From Rhizobiaceae bacterium (GTDB taxonomy: Bacteria > Pseudomonadota > Alphaproteobacteria > Rhizobiales > Rhizobiaceae): 64,000 nt of DNA. The stretch lies in the NCBI GenBank assembly GCA_045047085.1, contig JASFYT010000034.1, positions 2,098-66,097 on the forward strand, read 5' to 3'. This document shows positions 35,568 through 45,369 of this stretch, one piece after another. The translations under genes were made by a program, and so were the position numbers. Below the pieces are notes generated by a model. The model was not told where the DNA came from and ran no database searches. It saw nothing but the letters and a program-made list of their open reading frames with translations. The number at the start of each line of letters is the position of its first letter. Position 1 is the stretch's first letter.

Positions 35568-37013
35568 TTAACCCAACCCTGCTTCTTTCAGTTGACGATC
35601 AACGCTCTGGGCCAATTGGTCCAAACCTTCATCCACAGGCACTTCTTTGGCGACCATTTTTTGAAGCGTTGCAGCCCATTCCGTAGTCAGATCAAAGAAT
35701 AATGGTTGCGCTGTAAAGTGGATTTTCGCGCCCGGCGCTGAAATATCGTGCATTTCAACATAACCGGGATAACTTTTATCCAACCGATCGCGGAACATTT
35801 CATCTGCCCAAACTGACTTGCGAACAGGATTGACGAAATCCATCTTGGTAGCGCCAAACAGACCATGCTCAGGACCGGAAGCCCATTGCATGAAGTACCA
35901 TGCCGCATCTTTCTGCTTTGAGAAGCTGGACATTGCCAGAGACCAAATCCAGATATTTGGTGTTGGTGCTGAGGCTTCAGGATTAGCAGCAAACGGTGCA
36001 AAGGCAAGATTTCCAGCCTCGGCATTGTCGCCACCATTCATGAAATAACCCAGGATATCCGCGTCGAAGATCATTGCAGATTTACCGGCACCAAGATCAG
36101 TACCAGCCTGATACCAAGTGTGGGTAGACCAATCCGGTGCACCACTTTCCTGAATCATCTGAACCCATTTCTCATGGTAGCTTCTTGATACGTCAGTGTT
36201 CATAGCCGCTGACAATTTACCGTCAGCGCCCACGTTCAAGTCTTTTTGACCAAAGTTTGCGTATCCTGAAAGAAATCCTGGATGGATTGTTGCCCATGAG
36301 CGGGAGCCGCGAACGCCAATACCATAAGCTCCATCGATACCAGCTTTTGCTGCCGCAGCAGTATCAAGCAACTCATCGATATTCTTTGGAACAGACAATC
36401 CTGCCTGCTTAAACATACGATTATTATATGTTAGGTTATTTTGCTCATAACCCCAAGGGATACACCATTGCTTGGCGTCATCTGAACCAAGAGCACCACC
36501 CGGCTTGCCATTCCATGCACAAGATGCACGAACACCTGGCAGCATATCATTCCAATTATAGTCAGGGTTAGTTTTTGCAGGATCATTGATCCACTCATTG
36601 AGATCATCGATCCAACCGGCAGGACCGTAGGTCCATGTCATATAAGCACCGGTCATGAATGCATCATATTCAGTTGAACCAGATGAAAGTGCAGCAGTTA
36701 CTTTATCAAAGTAGACATCTTCCGGGAAAATATCGTATTGAATATCCATTCCGGTGAGTTTTTTGAAATTCTCAAGATTTGCAATCATCGCATCGGCATA
36801 GGGGTGCTTGTTCAGAAGAAGCTTAACGGTCGTACCCGCATGCTTTTTCCAATCAAAACCGTTCTGCGCCAAAGCGTTTGTAGCGGCTGCATTGACAAGC
36901 ACCCCGGCAGTTGCTGCCGACACACCCAACGCACCCAATCCGCGGATAACACCGCGGCGACTGACGCCTCCTTTTACAAAGGATTCAATCAAGTCCCTTT
37001 CTTTCTCATACAT
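35568..37013 (-). CDS. periplasmic solute-binding protein (family 1) with a twin-arginine signal
   Basis: SRRGVIRGLGALGVSAATAGVLVNAAATNALA signal. The ATG at 37013 is preceded by GGAGGA. Confidence 0.85.
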   Translation of the reverse strand: MYEKERDLIESFVKGGVSRRGVIRGLGALGVSAATAGVLVNAAATNALAQNGFDWKKHAGTTVKLLLNKHPYADAMIANLENFKKLTGMDIQYDIFPEDVYFDKVTAALSSGSTEYDAFMTGAYMTWTYGPAGWIDDLNEWINDPAKTNPDYNWNDMLPGVRASCAWNGKPGGALGSDDAKQWCIPWGYEQNNLTYNNRMFKQAGLSVPKNIDELLDTAAAAKAGIDGAYGIGVRGSRSWATIHPGFLSGYANFGQKDLNVGADGKLSAAMNTDVSRSYHEKWVQMIQESGAPDWSTHTWYQAGTDLGAGKSAMIFDADILGYFMNGGDNAEAGNLAFAPFAANPEASAPTPNIWIWSLAMSSFSKQKDAAWYFMQWASGPEHGLFGATKMDFVNPVRKSVWADEMFRDRLDKSYPGYVEMHDISAPGAKIHFTAQPLFFDLTTEWAATLQKMVAKEVPVDEGLDQLAQSVDRQLKEAGLG

Positions 37014-37030
37014 AGGTATTCCTCCAGTTT

Positions 37031-37999
37031 TCAATCGTGATGATTGAAATTTAAGAGCGCATTTGCGGTACGCTCATCGGTGATGAGACCGCTTAACAAG
37101 CCACTCATCAAAATCGACCCGATAGCGCGGGCCTTTCCTTTGCCACCCGCAACGGCGACAATTCTACTATTTTTCAAATCCGATAGACCAACAGAGATGG
37201 TGCGCGCTGTCAGTGAGGTCTCGAGGCTTTCTCCATCATCATTGAAAAAATGTCCCAAAAGCTCGCCCACCCCTCCATGTGCTTTCACCTCCTCAATTTC
37301 CTCTTGTTCAACCATGCCGGAAGATACAAGCTGAGCGCCCGGCTCGACGGTACCAATTCCGACAAATTTCAACTTGGACTGCTCCGCCATTTGCATCACA
37401 TCTGATACACCGCGTTGGGCAAGAAGCACTTCTCTGTCTTCAATCGAATTGGCAAAGAACGGCACGGGCATCACATACGATTCTGCTCCGGTCTTTTCCG
37501 CCATCCGATGCATTACATCATGTGGGTTAGCTGAAAAATTCCGCGTCAAACCACCAAGCAGCGATACAAATCGCACACCATTTGCATCCATTCTTGGCAA
37601 TTGAGAAACACTTGCTGAAAGCGTTCGCCCATGGCCGACACCAATCAACTCATTTGCACCACTTAAAATTTCACGGTTAAGAAACCTCGCACCGGCAATG
37701 CTGAGAGCGCGGGTGGGCAACGACTCTTCATTCAATTCCGGCACAACTTCACAATACTGAAGACCAAAACGTTCAGAAATAGCCATTTCCAGCGCTACAC
37801 ATTCGGCAATTTCACCATCAATGGTAACTTTAACTACGCCTTCTTGATTGGCTCGGGTGATCAAACGATGAGCTTTCACGCCAGTTACACCTAGTCGCTT
37901 GGCAACATCTGCCTGAGTTAACCCACCGGCATAATGAAGCCAGGCAGCCCGGATCGCGAGGCTTAAATCTTCATCTCTTTTTGAACTGGATCGTGCCAC
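37031..37999 (-). CDS. SorC/DeoR-type sugar-binding transcriptional regulator (EryD-like), copy 1
   Basis: The N-terminal HTH AAWLHYAGGLTQADVAKRLGVTGVKAHRLI is followed by a sugar-phosphate-binding domain (IGVGHGRTL...). Confidence 0.8.
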   Translation of the reverse strand: MARSSSKRDEDLSLAIRAAWLHYAGGLTQADVAKRLGVTGVKAHRLITRANQEGVVKVTIDGEIAECVALEMAISERFGLQYCEVVPELNEESLPTRALSIAGARFLNREILSGANELIGVGHGRTLSASVSQLPRMDANGVRFVSLLGGLTRNFSANPHDVMHRMAEKTGAESYVMPVPFFANSIEDREVLLAQRGVSDVMQMAEQSKLKFVGIGTVEPGAQLVSSGMVEQEEIEEVKAHGGVGELLGHFFNDDGESLETSLTARTISVGLSDLKNSRIVAVAGGKGKARAIGSILMSGLLSGLITDERTANALLNFNHHD

Positions 38000-38162
38000 G
38001 TAGCCACACCTGTTGGTTTTTGTAATAATTTTCAGCCTATGTAATTTTTTACACTTAAGCGGTTATCTGTCAAGCCATTACAATGAAATGAAAAGTAAGC
38101 ATGCTCCACATGCCGGCCGCCTGCAGGTTATTCACAACGAGAAATTATCAAAGTTTTCTGTT

Positions 38163-39311
38163 TTAAGAAGCGGTGCGCAGGATTTCAATCAGCTTGGATT
38201 CCTGCAGATACACGGGATTACCCTTCATCGATGATGATGAAAGAGAGGCAATGGCAATCTCATCAAAATCTTCGGAACTGACACCCACATCGCTCAATGA
38301 CGGCAAACCACAGCGTCGCGACCAAGCAGCCAATTCATCAAAGGAGATCTCGGACTCAACACCAAGAGCGTCAGCAATCCAGTGTTGAATTTTATGAAAG
38401 CGTTCTCGTATTTGTGTCGGTAATTCCGGTACAGAGAAATTAGATTTCAAAACATGGGGTAAAAGTATCCCGCAGATAACTCCATGAGGAGCAGCTGCCC
38501 TCCCCCCAATAACACCTGCAAATCCGTGAACAGCTCCCAATCCAGAATTTGCCAACGCCAAGCCTCCGCAATGGCTTACCCATGCCAGATCATCACGGGC
38601 CTTTTCATCTTCACCCTGCATAAGACGCACCAAAGCCAATAATCCTAGTGGTATAGCATCTCGGCAAAGCGCATCAGAAAACCGATTTGCCTTGCAAGAA
38701 ACATAAGATTCAATCACCTGCGTGACAGCATCAAGTCCACTGGCAAGTGTTACTGAACGTGATGTATTGTCTGTTAAAGCTGGATCAATTATTGCTAAGT
38801 TTGGCAACATACGTACATCCCGTAACGATACCTTGCGTCGATGATCCGGCACTCCAATGACTGCGTTCCTAGTAACTTCGGCCCCAGTTCCCGCCGTCGT
38901 TGGAATTGCTACAAATGGCAAGGGTGGTTGTTCAAGTGCCAAACCTTTCCCAACGACTTCCAGATAATCAAGAATCGGTTTATCGGCAGGAACCAGCGCC
39001 GCAATAGCCTTACCTGCGTCAATAACCGAACCGCCCCCCAGAGAAACTATTACATCGGCCTCAAATTCACGCGCGACCAGTACTCCGTTTTCAATCAGGG
39101 AGATTTCCGGCTCGCTTGCGCAGCTAAATTGTCCAACACGAATACCTTCCCGCTCTAGCGCATCTACCAACCAGACAGCGCGCGCGGGATTTGCACCATG
39201 AACCAGAAAGATATTTTTGCCGAGGGTCGCAATATCTTCGGCAGCCTGCTTGGCACAGCCTCTGCCAAAACGAATGTCCTGCGCAGTGGAAATCGAAAAA
39301 ATGCCTGGCAT
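38163..39311 (-). CDS. iron-containing (group III) alcohol dehydrogenase
   Basis: 382 aa with SLGGGSVIDAGKAIA and the GLGAVHG metal-site region. Confidence 0.8.
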   Translation of the reverse strand: MPGIFSISTAQDIRFGRGCAKQAAEDIATLGKNIFLVHGANPARAVWLVDALEREGIRVGQFSCASEPEISLIENGVLVAREFEADVIVSLGGGSVIDAGKAIAALVPADKPILDYLEVVGKGLALEQPPLPFVAIPTTAGTGAEVTRNAVIGVPDHRRKVSLRDVRMLPNLAIIDPALTDNTSRSVTLASGLDAVTQVIESYVSCKANRFSDALCRDAIPLGLLALVRLMQGEDEKARDDLAWVSHCGGLALANSGLGAVHGFAGVIGGRAAAPHGVICGILLPHVLKSNFSVPELPTQIRERFHKIQHWIADALGVESEISFDELAAWSRRCGLPSLSDVGVSSEDFDEIAIASLSSSSMKGNPVYLQESKLIEILRTAS

Positions 39312-39313
39312 TG

Positions 39314-41077
39314 CTAAATCCTGTCCCCAAATTCCTCTTCGACCACCTCCCGCATGGCGTTCAATATCACCACGACCGAAGCTGCGCCTGGATCAACGTG
39401 TCCCAACGAACGCAATCCCAGCTTGGCAGAGCGTCCCTTTTTTGATTTCATTTGCACAGTCGCATTCTTGCCCTTCTCGGCTCCGTCACATGCAGCCTGA
39501 AGACAGGCGATAATGCTTCCACCAGCCTCCTGTTCGCGCGCGGCGTGTTCAACAGCTGGCGTCCAAGCATCCACCATCGTCTTATCGCCGGGAGCGGCTC
39601 CTCCAAGATCAACAATACCGTTTCTAATTGCATCCAACCATGAAACAAGCGCCATTGAATCCAGATTAAGCCGATCATTCACCGCTTTTGATGCCCTCTG
39701 AAAGGCTGTTCCATATAGCGGCCCCACGGAAGCACCGACGGCATCTAAGAAATTCTTTCCTGCCTTTGCGCACATAACCGATATAGTGACTTCATCTTCC
39801 GAAAGACCATCACGAATAGCACGCCACCCCACATCCATGGCAATGCCATGATCTGCATCACCAATGACACCATCCAGTTCACACAAATACCCCTTATTTT
39901 CTCCAATTTGTTCAGTGATCCGCAGCAGCATTCGACGAAAGATTTCGGGGGTAACATCGCCCTCAGCAATTAAATCTTCTCTCGAAATATCCGACTCAAT
40001 CTTCTTGGTAACCATTGGTGCATGTGAGCGCCGTCGTGGTCTTTGGTTAGGTGAAATTTTGATCTCCCCAACTTGTAAAGCAGCGGTTTCACAGGGATGG
40101 TCCAGCATTTTGATCAACTGATCATCCAGCTTCATTACCGTGACCGAAGCGCCAGCCATTTCAAGCGATGTAACATAATTCCCCACCCAGGATTGATATA
40201 GGGAAACTCCGAGCCCACACAGTCTGCTACGTATTTGGCGATGCAAGATATAAAGTTCCATCAATGATGTTGAACCTAGCCCATTCACCAATACGGCCAC
40301 CCTGTCGCCTTTGCCAAATTCAATATCTGCAACAATCAGATCCATCAACCGGTCTGCAACCGCATTGGCAGGTTCAAGTGTGGTTCTGGAAATCCCAGGT
40401 TCGCCGTGAATTCCCATCCCTACTTCCATCTCATCCGGACCAATCTCGAAGTTCGGTCTACGCGTTTGAGGTAGCGAGCAGGCACCAAGAGCCACCCCAG
40501 CCGACCTCGTCATAGCATTCGCATGCCTCGCAATGAGTTCAACCTCATCCATAGAATAATCCAAATCAGCCGCCGCCCCAGCACATTTAAATACAAAGAA
40601 TGTTCCGGCAATCCCCCGGCGTTCACTAATAATTTTTGCTGAGGCTACATCATCTGTAACTGTGATGGAATTTGCCTTAATACCTTCAGAGCCAAGTTCC
40701 TCTACAGCCATATCAAAATTCATAACGTCACCAGTATAATTTCCATAGAGAAACAACACACCTGCTCCCCCGTCTGCTGCACGTGCTGCATCCATGATCT
40801 GCTCCGGCGAAGGGGAAGCAAACACGTTTCCCACAGCCGAAGCATCTGCCAACCCCTTACCGACATATCCAGAAAACGCCGGCTCATGGCCAGAACCACC
40901 ACCCACGACAATGCCAACTTTGCCCTCGCGTGGACCTTTTATAGAAACCACAGCCCTACCCGTCGCTCCTTCGACACAAAGCATTTCGGGGTGAGCTCCA
41001 ACCATACCATCGATCAATTCCTCAATGACATGGTCGGCATCATTTATCAGCTTTTTTGTCTTCTGCGTATCTATCAT
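39314..41077 (-). CDS. ATP-dependent dihydroxyacetone-kinase-family protein (fused DhaK+DhaL domains); possible triose/tetrulose kinase
   Basis: 587 aa with GGGSGHEPAFSGYVG (DhaK) and GVIGDADHGIAM (DhaL). Confidence 0.85.
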   Translation of the reverse strand: MIDTQKTKKLINDADHVIEELIDGMVGAHPEMLCVEGATGRAVVSIKGPREGKVGIVVGGGSGHEPAFSGYVGKGLADASAVGNVFASPSPEQIMDAARAADGGAGVLFLYGNYTGDVMNFDMAVEELGSEGIKANSITVTDDVASAKIISERRGIAGTFFVFKCAGAAADLDYSMDEVELIARHANAMTRSAGVALGACSLPQTRRPNFEIGPDEMEVGMGIHGEPGISRTTLEPANAVADRLMDLIVADIEFGKGDRVAVLVNGLGSTSLMELYILHRQIRSRLCGLGVSLYQSWVGNYVTSLEMAGASVTVMKLDDQLIKMLDHPCETAALQVGEIKISPNQRPRRRSHAPMVTKKIESDISREDLIAEGDVTPEIFRRMLLRITEQIGENKGYLCELDGVIGDADHGIAMDVGWRAIRDGLSEDEVTISVMCAKAGKNFLDAVGASVGPLYGTAFQRASKAVNDRLNLDSMALVSWLDAIRNGIVDLGGAAPGDKTMVDAWTPAVEHAAREQEAGGSIIACLQAACDGAEKGKNATVQMKSKKGRSAKLGLRSLGHVDPGAASVVVILNAMREVVEEEFGDRI

Positions 41078-41439
41078 GTGACCCTCGATTTCAATAGGCT
41101 AGCCATCTGCCAATCATTCATTGCTGAAAATTAGTACATATTTATTGTTCATCTAGAAACAGTGCAAAATCAACAGCTGGAAAAATTACTCCAAACACTG
41201 ACGTCCCAAGTGCGGTTGTTGTCGTGGTCATCCGTCAGCCATTTGCGTGAAGGAATTATTATGGGTTAACAACCATACCGTCCTAATCAAGCGGGATTGA
41301 ATAACGACACAATACAGGAATATGACATTTTCTTTGGAAGAAGAAACAATTCGGCAATCCATCATTGATACCTGCCTCCACATGAGTACCTGCAGCTTAC
41401 AGTGGTTGGGTATCATATGCACGTGATCGTAATCATGTA

Positions 41440-41484
41440 AAATTCATACAATTGCAAAGTATGTATTGACATTTGTATGAATTT
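41440..41484. promoter_or_regulatory. perfect 12-bp inverted repeat AAATTCATACAA-N21-TTGTATGAATTT (candidate operator) in a divergent promoter region
   Basis: The arms are at 41440..41451 and 41473..41484. The spacer contains TTGACA (41466..41471). It lies about 80 nt upstream of the rpe-like start. Confidence 0.5.
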
Positions 41485-41564
41485 GAGTTGTTTAGAATTA
41501 CCATTTGATTTTCAATTCCCCCGGTCCCCCGGCGCGACATCACGCCCGTCTTGGTAGGAAGAAT

Positions 41565-42257
41565 ATGACCCACGAGGCACATCTCTCGCTTAAGCAAAGT
41601 TGTCGTGGCATCAGTCTGGGTATTTTTGCGGGTGATTTTGGAAATTTCAGAAGCAATATGCAATCAGCCGCTAAATGGGGCTGCAATGTTCTCCACTTTG
41701 ATGTCATGGATGGCCTATTTGTTCCTCAGATGACGGGCGGTCCGGGGTTTGTAAAAGCCCTTAAAGGTGAAATGATCCTTGATGTGCATCTAATGGTTCA
41801 GAAGCCACTGGTACATATCGCATCATATGTCGAAGCAGGTGCGGATATCGTGACAATCCATGCCGAATCTGAAGAACCAGTGGCGGCATTTAAGGCCATT
41901 CGAACTGCTGCTGAGAAATCGGGACGACCGGTCATGGCCGGCATATCGCTCATGCCCGGTACTTCGATTGAGAACATCAAAGAGCTATTTGACTTAAAAC
42001 CCGATCTCATTTTGGTTCTCGCCCTTGATCCTCGAACGAGCGACTCAACTGACGTCACGAAGGCATGTGTCCGGCTTCAGGAAATCAGAACGCTCACGGC
42101 TGAATTCTCCCCAATTCTTGCATTCGATGGCGGTGTCACACTCGACACAATTGCTGAAATTTCAAGTTCATCAGCAGAACTCGTTGTTAGCGGAAGTGCC
42201 GTACTGAAATCAGCAAATCCATCTGAGGCCTTTCGTTTAATGCAAAGTGCTCTCTAG
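41565..42257 (+). CDS. ribulose-phosphate-3-epimerase-family protein (divergent)
   Basis: LHFDVMDGLFVP, DVHLMV, and FDGGV motifs. The usual MSVNPGFGGQ block is replaced by LALDPRTSDS. The ATG at 41565 has an AGGAAG RBS. Confidence 0.7.
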   Translation: MTHEAHLSLKQSCRGISLGIFAGDFGNFRSNMQSAAKWGCNVLHFDVMDGLFVPQMTGGPGFVKALKGEMILDVHLMVQKPLVHIASYVEAGADIVTIHAESEEPVAAFKAIRTAAEKSGRPVMAGISLMPGTSIENIKELFDLKPDLILVLALDPRTSDSTDVTKACVRLQEIRTLTAEFSPILAFDGGVTLDTIAEISSSSAELVVSGSAVLKSANPSEAFRLMQSAL

Positions 42258-42352
42258 CAGGTCAATCCTAATTACCAATAGAGCGCATTTAAGAATTTGG
42301 ATCACTGAGCGCGCGCTCAAAGTACATGTAGTTACTATCAAAGGAAGATAAT

Positions 42353-43234
42353 ATGGCAGACATTGATGACATCAAAGATGGTAAAGACTTTGGTCTGGAC
42401 ACGCCCCAGGACAAGCAGGGATTTTTTCTCAAAGGAAATGCCAACTACGATTGGGGTTTGAAGAACCGCATGAGCCGAATTTTCAATCCGAAAACTGGCC
42501 GCACGGTTATGCTTGCTTTTGATCATGGTTATTTCCAAGGCCCAACAAGCGGATTGGAACGGATTGACCTCAACATCCTTCCGCTCATCGAGCATGCAGA
42601 TGTAATGATGTGCACACGCGGCATCCTTCGTTCTGTAGTTCCACCAACAATCACAAAGCCCGTTGTCATGCGCGCCTCGGGCGGCAACTCGATACTTTCT
42701 GAATTGTCCAATGAAACGATTGCGGTTGACATCGATGATGCCATTCGCATGGGTGCCTGTGCCATGGCAGCACAAATCTATATTGGGTCCGAGTTCGAGC
42801 ACAAATCAATCACCAATGTAATCAATCTCATCGATCGTGGTCAGCGCTATGGTATCCCAACTCTCGCTGTCACCGGTGTAGGCAAAGACATGGCACGTGA
42901 TGCGCGCTATTTCGGTCTTGCAACCCGCATCGCTGCCGAGATTGGCTCACATTATGTGAAAAGCTATTTCGTTGAAGAGGGATTTGAAAAAGTCTGCGCA
43001 GCCTGCCCAGTGCCCATCGTTATTGCGGGGGGTAAAAAGCTTCCTGAAGCTGATGCTCTCGACATGGCCTATAAAGCGATTGATCAGGGTGCTGCCGGGG
43101 TTGATATGGGCCGCAACATTTTCCAGGCCGATGATCCAGTAGCAATGATCCAGGCGGTTTCCAGTGTTGTCCATGATCTGACGAAGCCGGAAAAAGCCTT
43201 GCAGATGTACAATGATCTAAAAGCAAAAGGTTAG
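42353..43234 (+). CDS. lsrF: LsrF-like class-I aldolase-fold enzyme (3-hydroxy-5-phosphonooxypentane-2,4-dione thiolase family)
   Basis: [16 protein letters not shown]...[34 protein letters not shown]...MCTRGILRS...[12 protein letters not shown]...[10 protein letters not shown] tracks E. coli LsrF closely as I remember it. Needs confirmation by alignment. Confidence 0.7.
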   Translation: MADIDDIKDGKDFGLDTPQDKQGFFLKGNANYDWGLKNRMSRIFNPKTGRTVMLAFDHGYFQGPTSGLERIDLNILPLIEHADVMMCTRGILRSVVPPTITKPVVMRASGGNSILSELSNETIAVDIDDAIRMGACAMAAQIYIGSEFEHKSITNVINLIDRGQRYGIPTLAVTGVGKDMARDARYFGLATRIAAEIGSHYVKSYFVEEGFEKVCAACPVPIVIAGGKKLPEADALDMAYKAIDQGAAGVDMGRNIFQADDPVAMIQAVSSVVHDLTKPEKALQMYNDLKAKG

Positions 43235-43322
43235 CAGATAACAGACTCCCAAAACTGGCCCCTAAACCTACGTTTTGGGTTTGGGGCACTTTTTGAAACT
43301 AAACAGACAGTCTCAGTTCGGC

Positions 43323-44954
43323 ATGGAGGTAATCTTGAACTCAAGTGAAATGCAAGATATCAAAGATCTTCTTGTTATAGGTGGTGGTATTAACGGTGTC
43401 GGCATTGCCCGCGATGCAGCCGGCCGTGGTCTGAACGTATGTCTGGCAGAAATGGGTGACTTGGCGGGCGCGACATCATCCGCTTCGACAAAGCTTTTTC
43501 ACGGCGGGCTTCGTTATCTCGAGTATTTTGAATTTGGCCTGGTGCGTCATGCACTCGCAGAGCGGGAAACTTTATTGCGGGCCATGCCGCATATAAGCTG
43601 GCCAATGCGTTTTGTGCTTCCCTACCACAAGGACATGCGTTTTGAGAATTCAACTCCGACATCCCGACTTCTAAATATCTTCATGCCCTGGATGAAAGGT
43701 CGTCGGCCAGCATGGTTAATCAGATTTGGTCTGTTCCTTTACGATCATTTGGGCGGGAGGACTGTTCTGCCGGGAACTTCGACTATCTATCTTCAAAAAA
43801 GTGTCGAAGGTGAAGCCATCAATGACAAGTTTGTTAAGGCATATGAATATTCTGATTGCTGGATTGAGGATTCGCGACTGGTGGTCCTTAATGCTCGCGA
43901 CGCAGAAAAGCGCGGTGCTGAAATATGTGTTCGGACCAAAGTTATATCAGCCATTCGTGTTGACGATATTTGGGAAGCTACTCTTGAGGATGTAAACAGC
44001 GGAAACAGGCGTGTCGTGCGCGCCAAGATGCTTGTGAATGCGGCTGGTCCTTGGGTGGATGATGTTATTCAGAACAAGGCACGACTAAATTCACGCGAGG
44101 GTGTCAGGTTGGTCCGAGGCAGCCACATTGTCACAAAGCGTCTTTATGATCATGACAAATGCTATTTATTCCAGGGCACCGATGGCCGCATCATATTCGC
44201 AATTCCCTATGAAACAGATTTTACACTCATCGGTACGACAGATGCCAAACATTCTGATCTTTCGGAACAACCAATTTGTACAGACGAAGAAAAGCAATAT
44301 CTCGTCGACTTTGCCAATGGCTATCTTAAATCACCGATCTCCGTCGACGACATTGTTTGGAGTTATTCAGGGGTGCGCCCACTTTATGATGACGGTGCGG
44401 AATCTGCTTCAGCTGCGACACGCGATTACGTGATGACCATTGATGATTACGAAGGTGCGCCGTTGTTGAATATCTTCGGTGGCAAGATCACTACTTATCG
44501 GTGTCTAGCGGAAGATGCGTTGGATAAAATCAAAGATTACTTCCCAAACCTCTCAGGTAAGTGGACCGCAGGAATTGCCTTGCCAGGTGGAGATTTTCCT
44601 GTTGATGGCTTTGCTGATCTTACTCAGTCGCTTATTGACCGCTATTCATTTTTGGATACTAAAATGGCCAGCCGGCTCATCAAAGCCTATGGGACCGAGG
44701 CCGCAGGTATTTTCGAAGGTGCAGAAAGCTTTAATGATCTCGGGCACCATTTCGGAGCAGGCTTAACCGAACGCGAGGTTGAGTGGCTCATGCATAATGA
44801 GTATGCTCAGATAGCCGAAGATATCATCTGGCGCCGTAGCAAGCTGGGCCTGCGCCTGTCATCTTCTCAGATCGAATACCTTGAAAAATGGATTCAAACG
44901 AACCTGAACCTCCAGAATCGCAGACGCCTTACCGCTTTGCTTGTCAACCAGTGA
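43323..44954 (+). CDS. glpD: FAD-dependent glycerol-3-phosphate-dehydrogenase-family enzyme (GlpD / EryB-like), copy 2
   Basis: DLLVIGGGINGVGIARDAAGRGL, TKLFHGGLRYLE, and IIWRRSK. The start is uncertain (43323 or 43350). Confidence 0.85.
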   Translation: MEVILNSSEMQDIKDLLVIGGGINGVGIARDAAGRGLNVCLAEMGDLAGATSSASTKLFHGGLRYLEYFEFGLVRHALAERETLLRAMPHISWPMRFVLPYHKDMRFENSTPTSRLLNIFMPWMKGRRPAWLIRFGLFLYDHLGGRTVLPGTSTIYLQKSVEGEAINDKFVKAYEYSDCWIEDSRLVVLNARDAEKRGAEICVRTKVISAIRVDDIWEATLEDVNSGNRRVVRAKMLVNAAGPWVDDVIQNKARLNSREGVRLVRGSHIVTKRLYDHDKCYLFQGTDGRIIFAIPYETDFTLIGTTDAKHSDLSEQPICTDEEKQYLVDFANGYLKSPISVDDIVWSYSGVRPLYDDGAESASAATRDYVMTIDDYEGAPLLNIFGGKITTYRCLAEDALDKIKDYFPNLSGKWTAGIALPGGDFPVDGFADLTQSLIDRYSFLDTKMASRLIKAYGTEAAGIFEGAESFNDLGHHFGAGLTEREVEWLMHNEYAQIAEDIIWRRSKLGLRLSSSQIEYLEKWIQTNLNLQNRRRLTALLVNQ

Positions 44955-45353
44955 CTCACCAGTGCAAATGAGAGGTATCAGACCATGACGAACAGCGGTT
45001 TTAACTTTCAAGCCAACAGTTTGTTTGTTTCATTGAAATGCTCTCTGCACTTTGAATGGACCAATTTCACAATATCCAAATTGCAATCAGTCAACATCGG
45101 TACGGAGACTTCGCCGGTCCAGGCGCCGTTGTCCTTCCAATGCGTGTATTGAGCTCGGACCCTTCATTGATGTAATGGAACATTGCTCTTTAACTGCACG
45201 AATAAGAGGAAAGCTCGGTATGACAAAACACTGAATTCTGTCATCATGGTGAGAGTTAAAAGCCAGCAATCCATTGGCAAAACCCAAGGCTTCGTTGAGC
45301 AGTTTATTCATCTTCCAGCTGGTTCCATTTCAAAGTTTTGCATTGGTGGACAT
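44928..45353 (-). pseudogene. decayed, truncated tpiA/EryH-like gene
   Basis: Starts [21 protein letters not shown]. Other frames continue GAWTGEVSVPMLTDCNLDIVKLVHS...FNETN and then [20 protein letters not shown]. It is collinear with the intact Tpi at 22900..23670 but has at least one stop and two frameshifts, and the C-terminal half is missing. Confidence 0.75.
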
Positions 45354-45369
45354 GCGCCCTCGTTCCTCT

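Noticed and set aside
41228-41663. ORFs 41228..41422 and 41433..41663 in the DAK/rpe intergenic region.
   Set aside because: They have no motifs, their composition is AT-rich, and they overlap the candidate operator and the real rpe-like start. They are more likely non-coding regulatory DNA.
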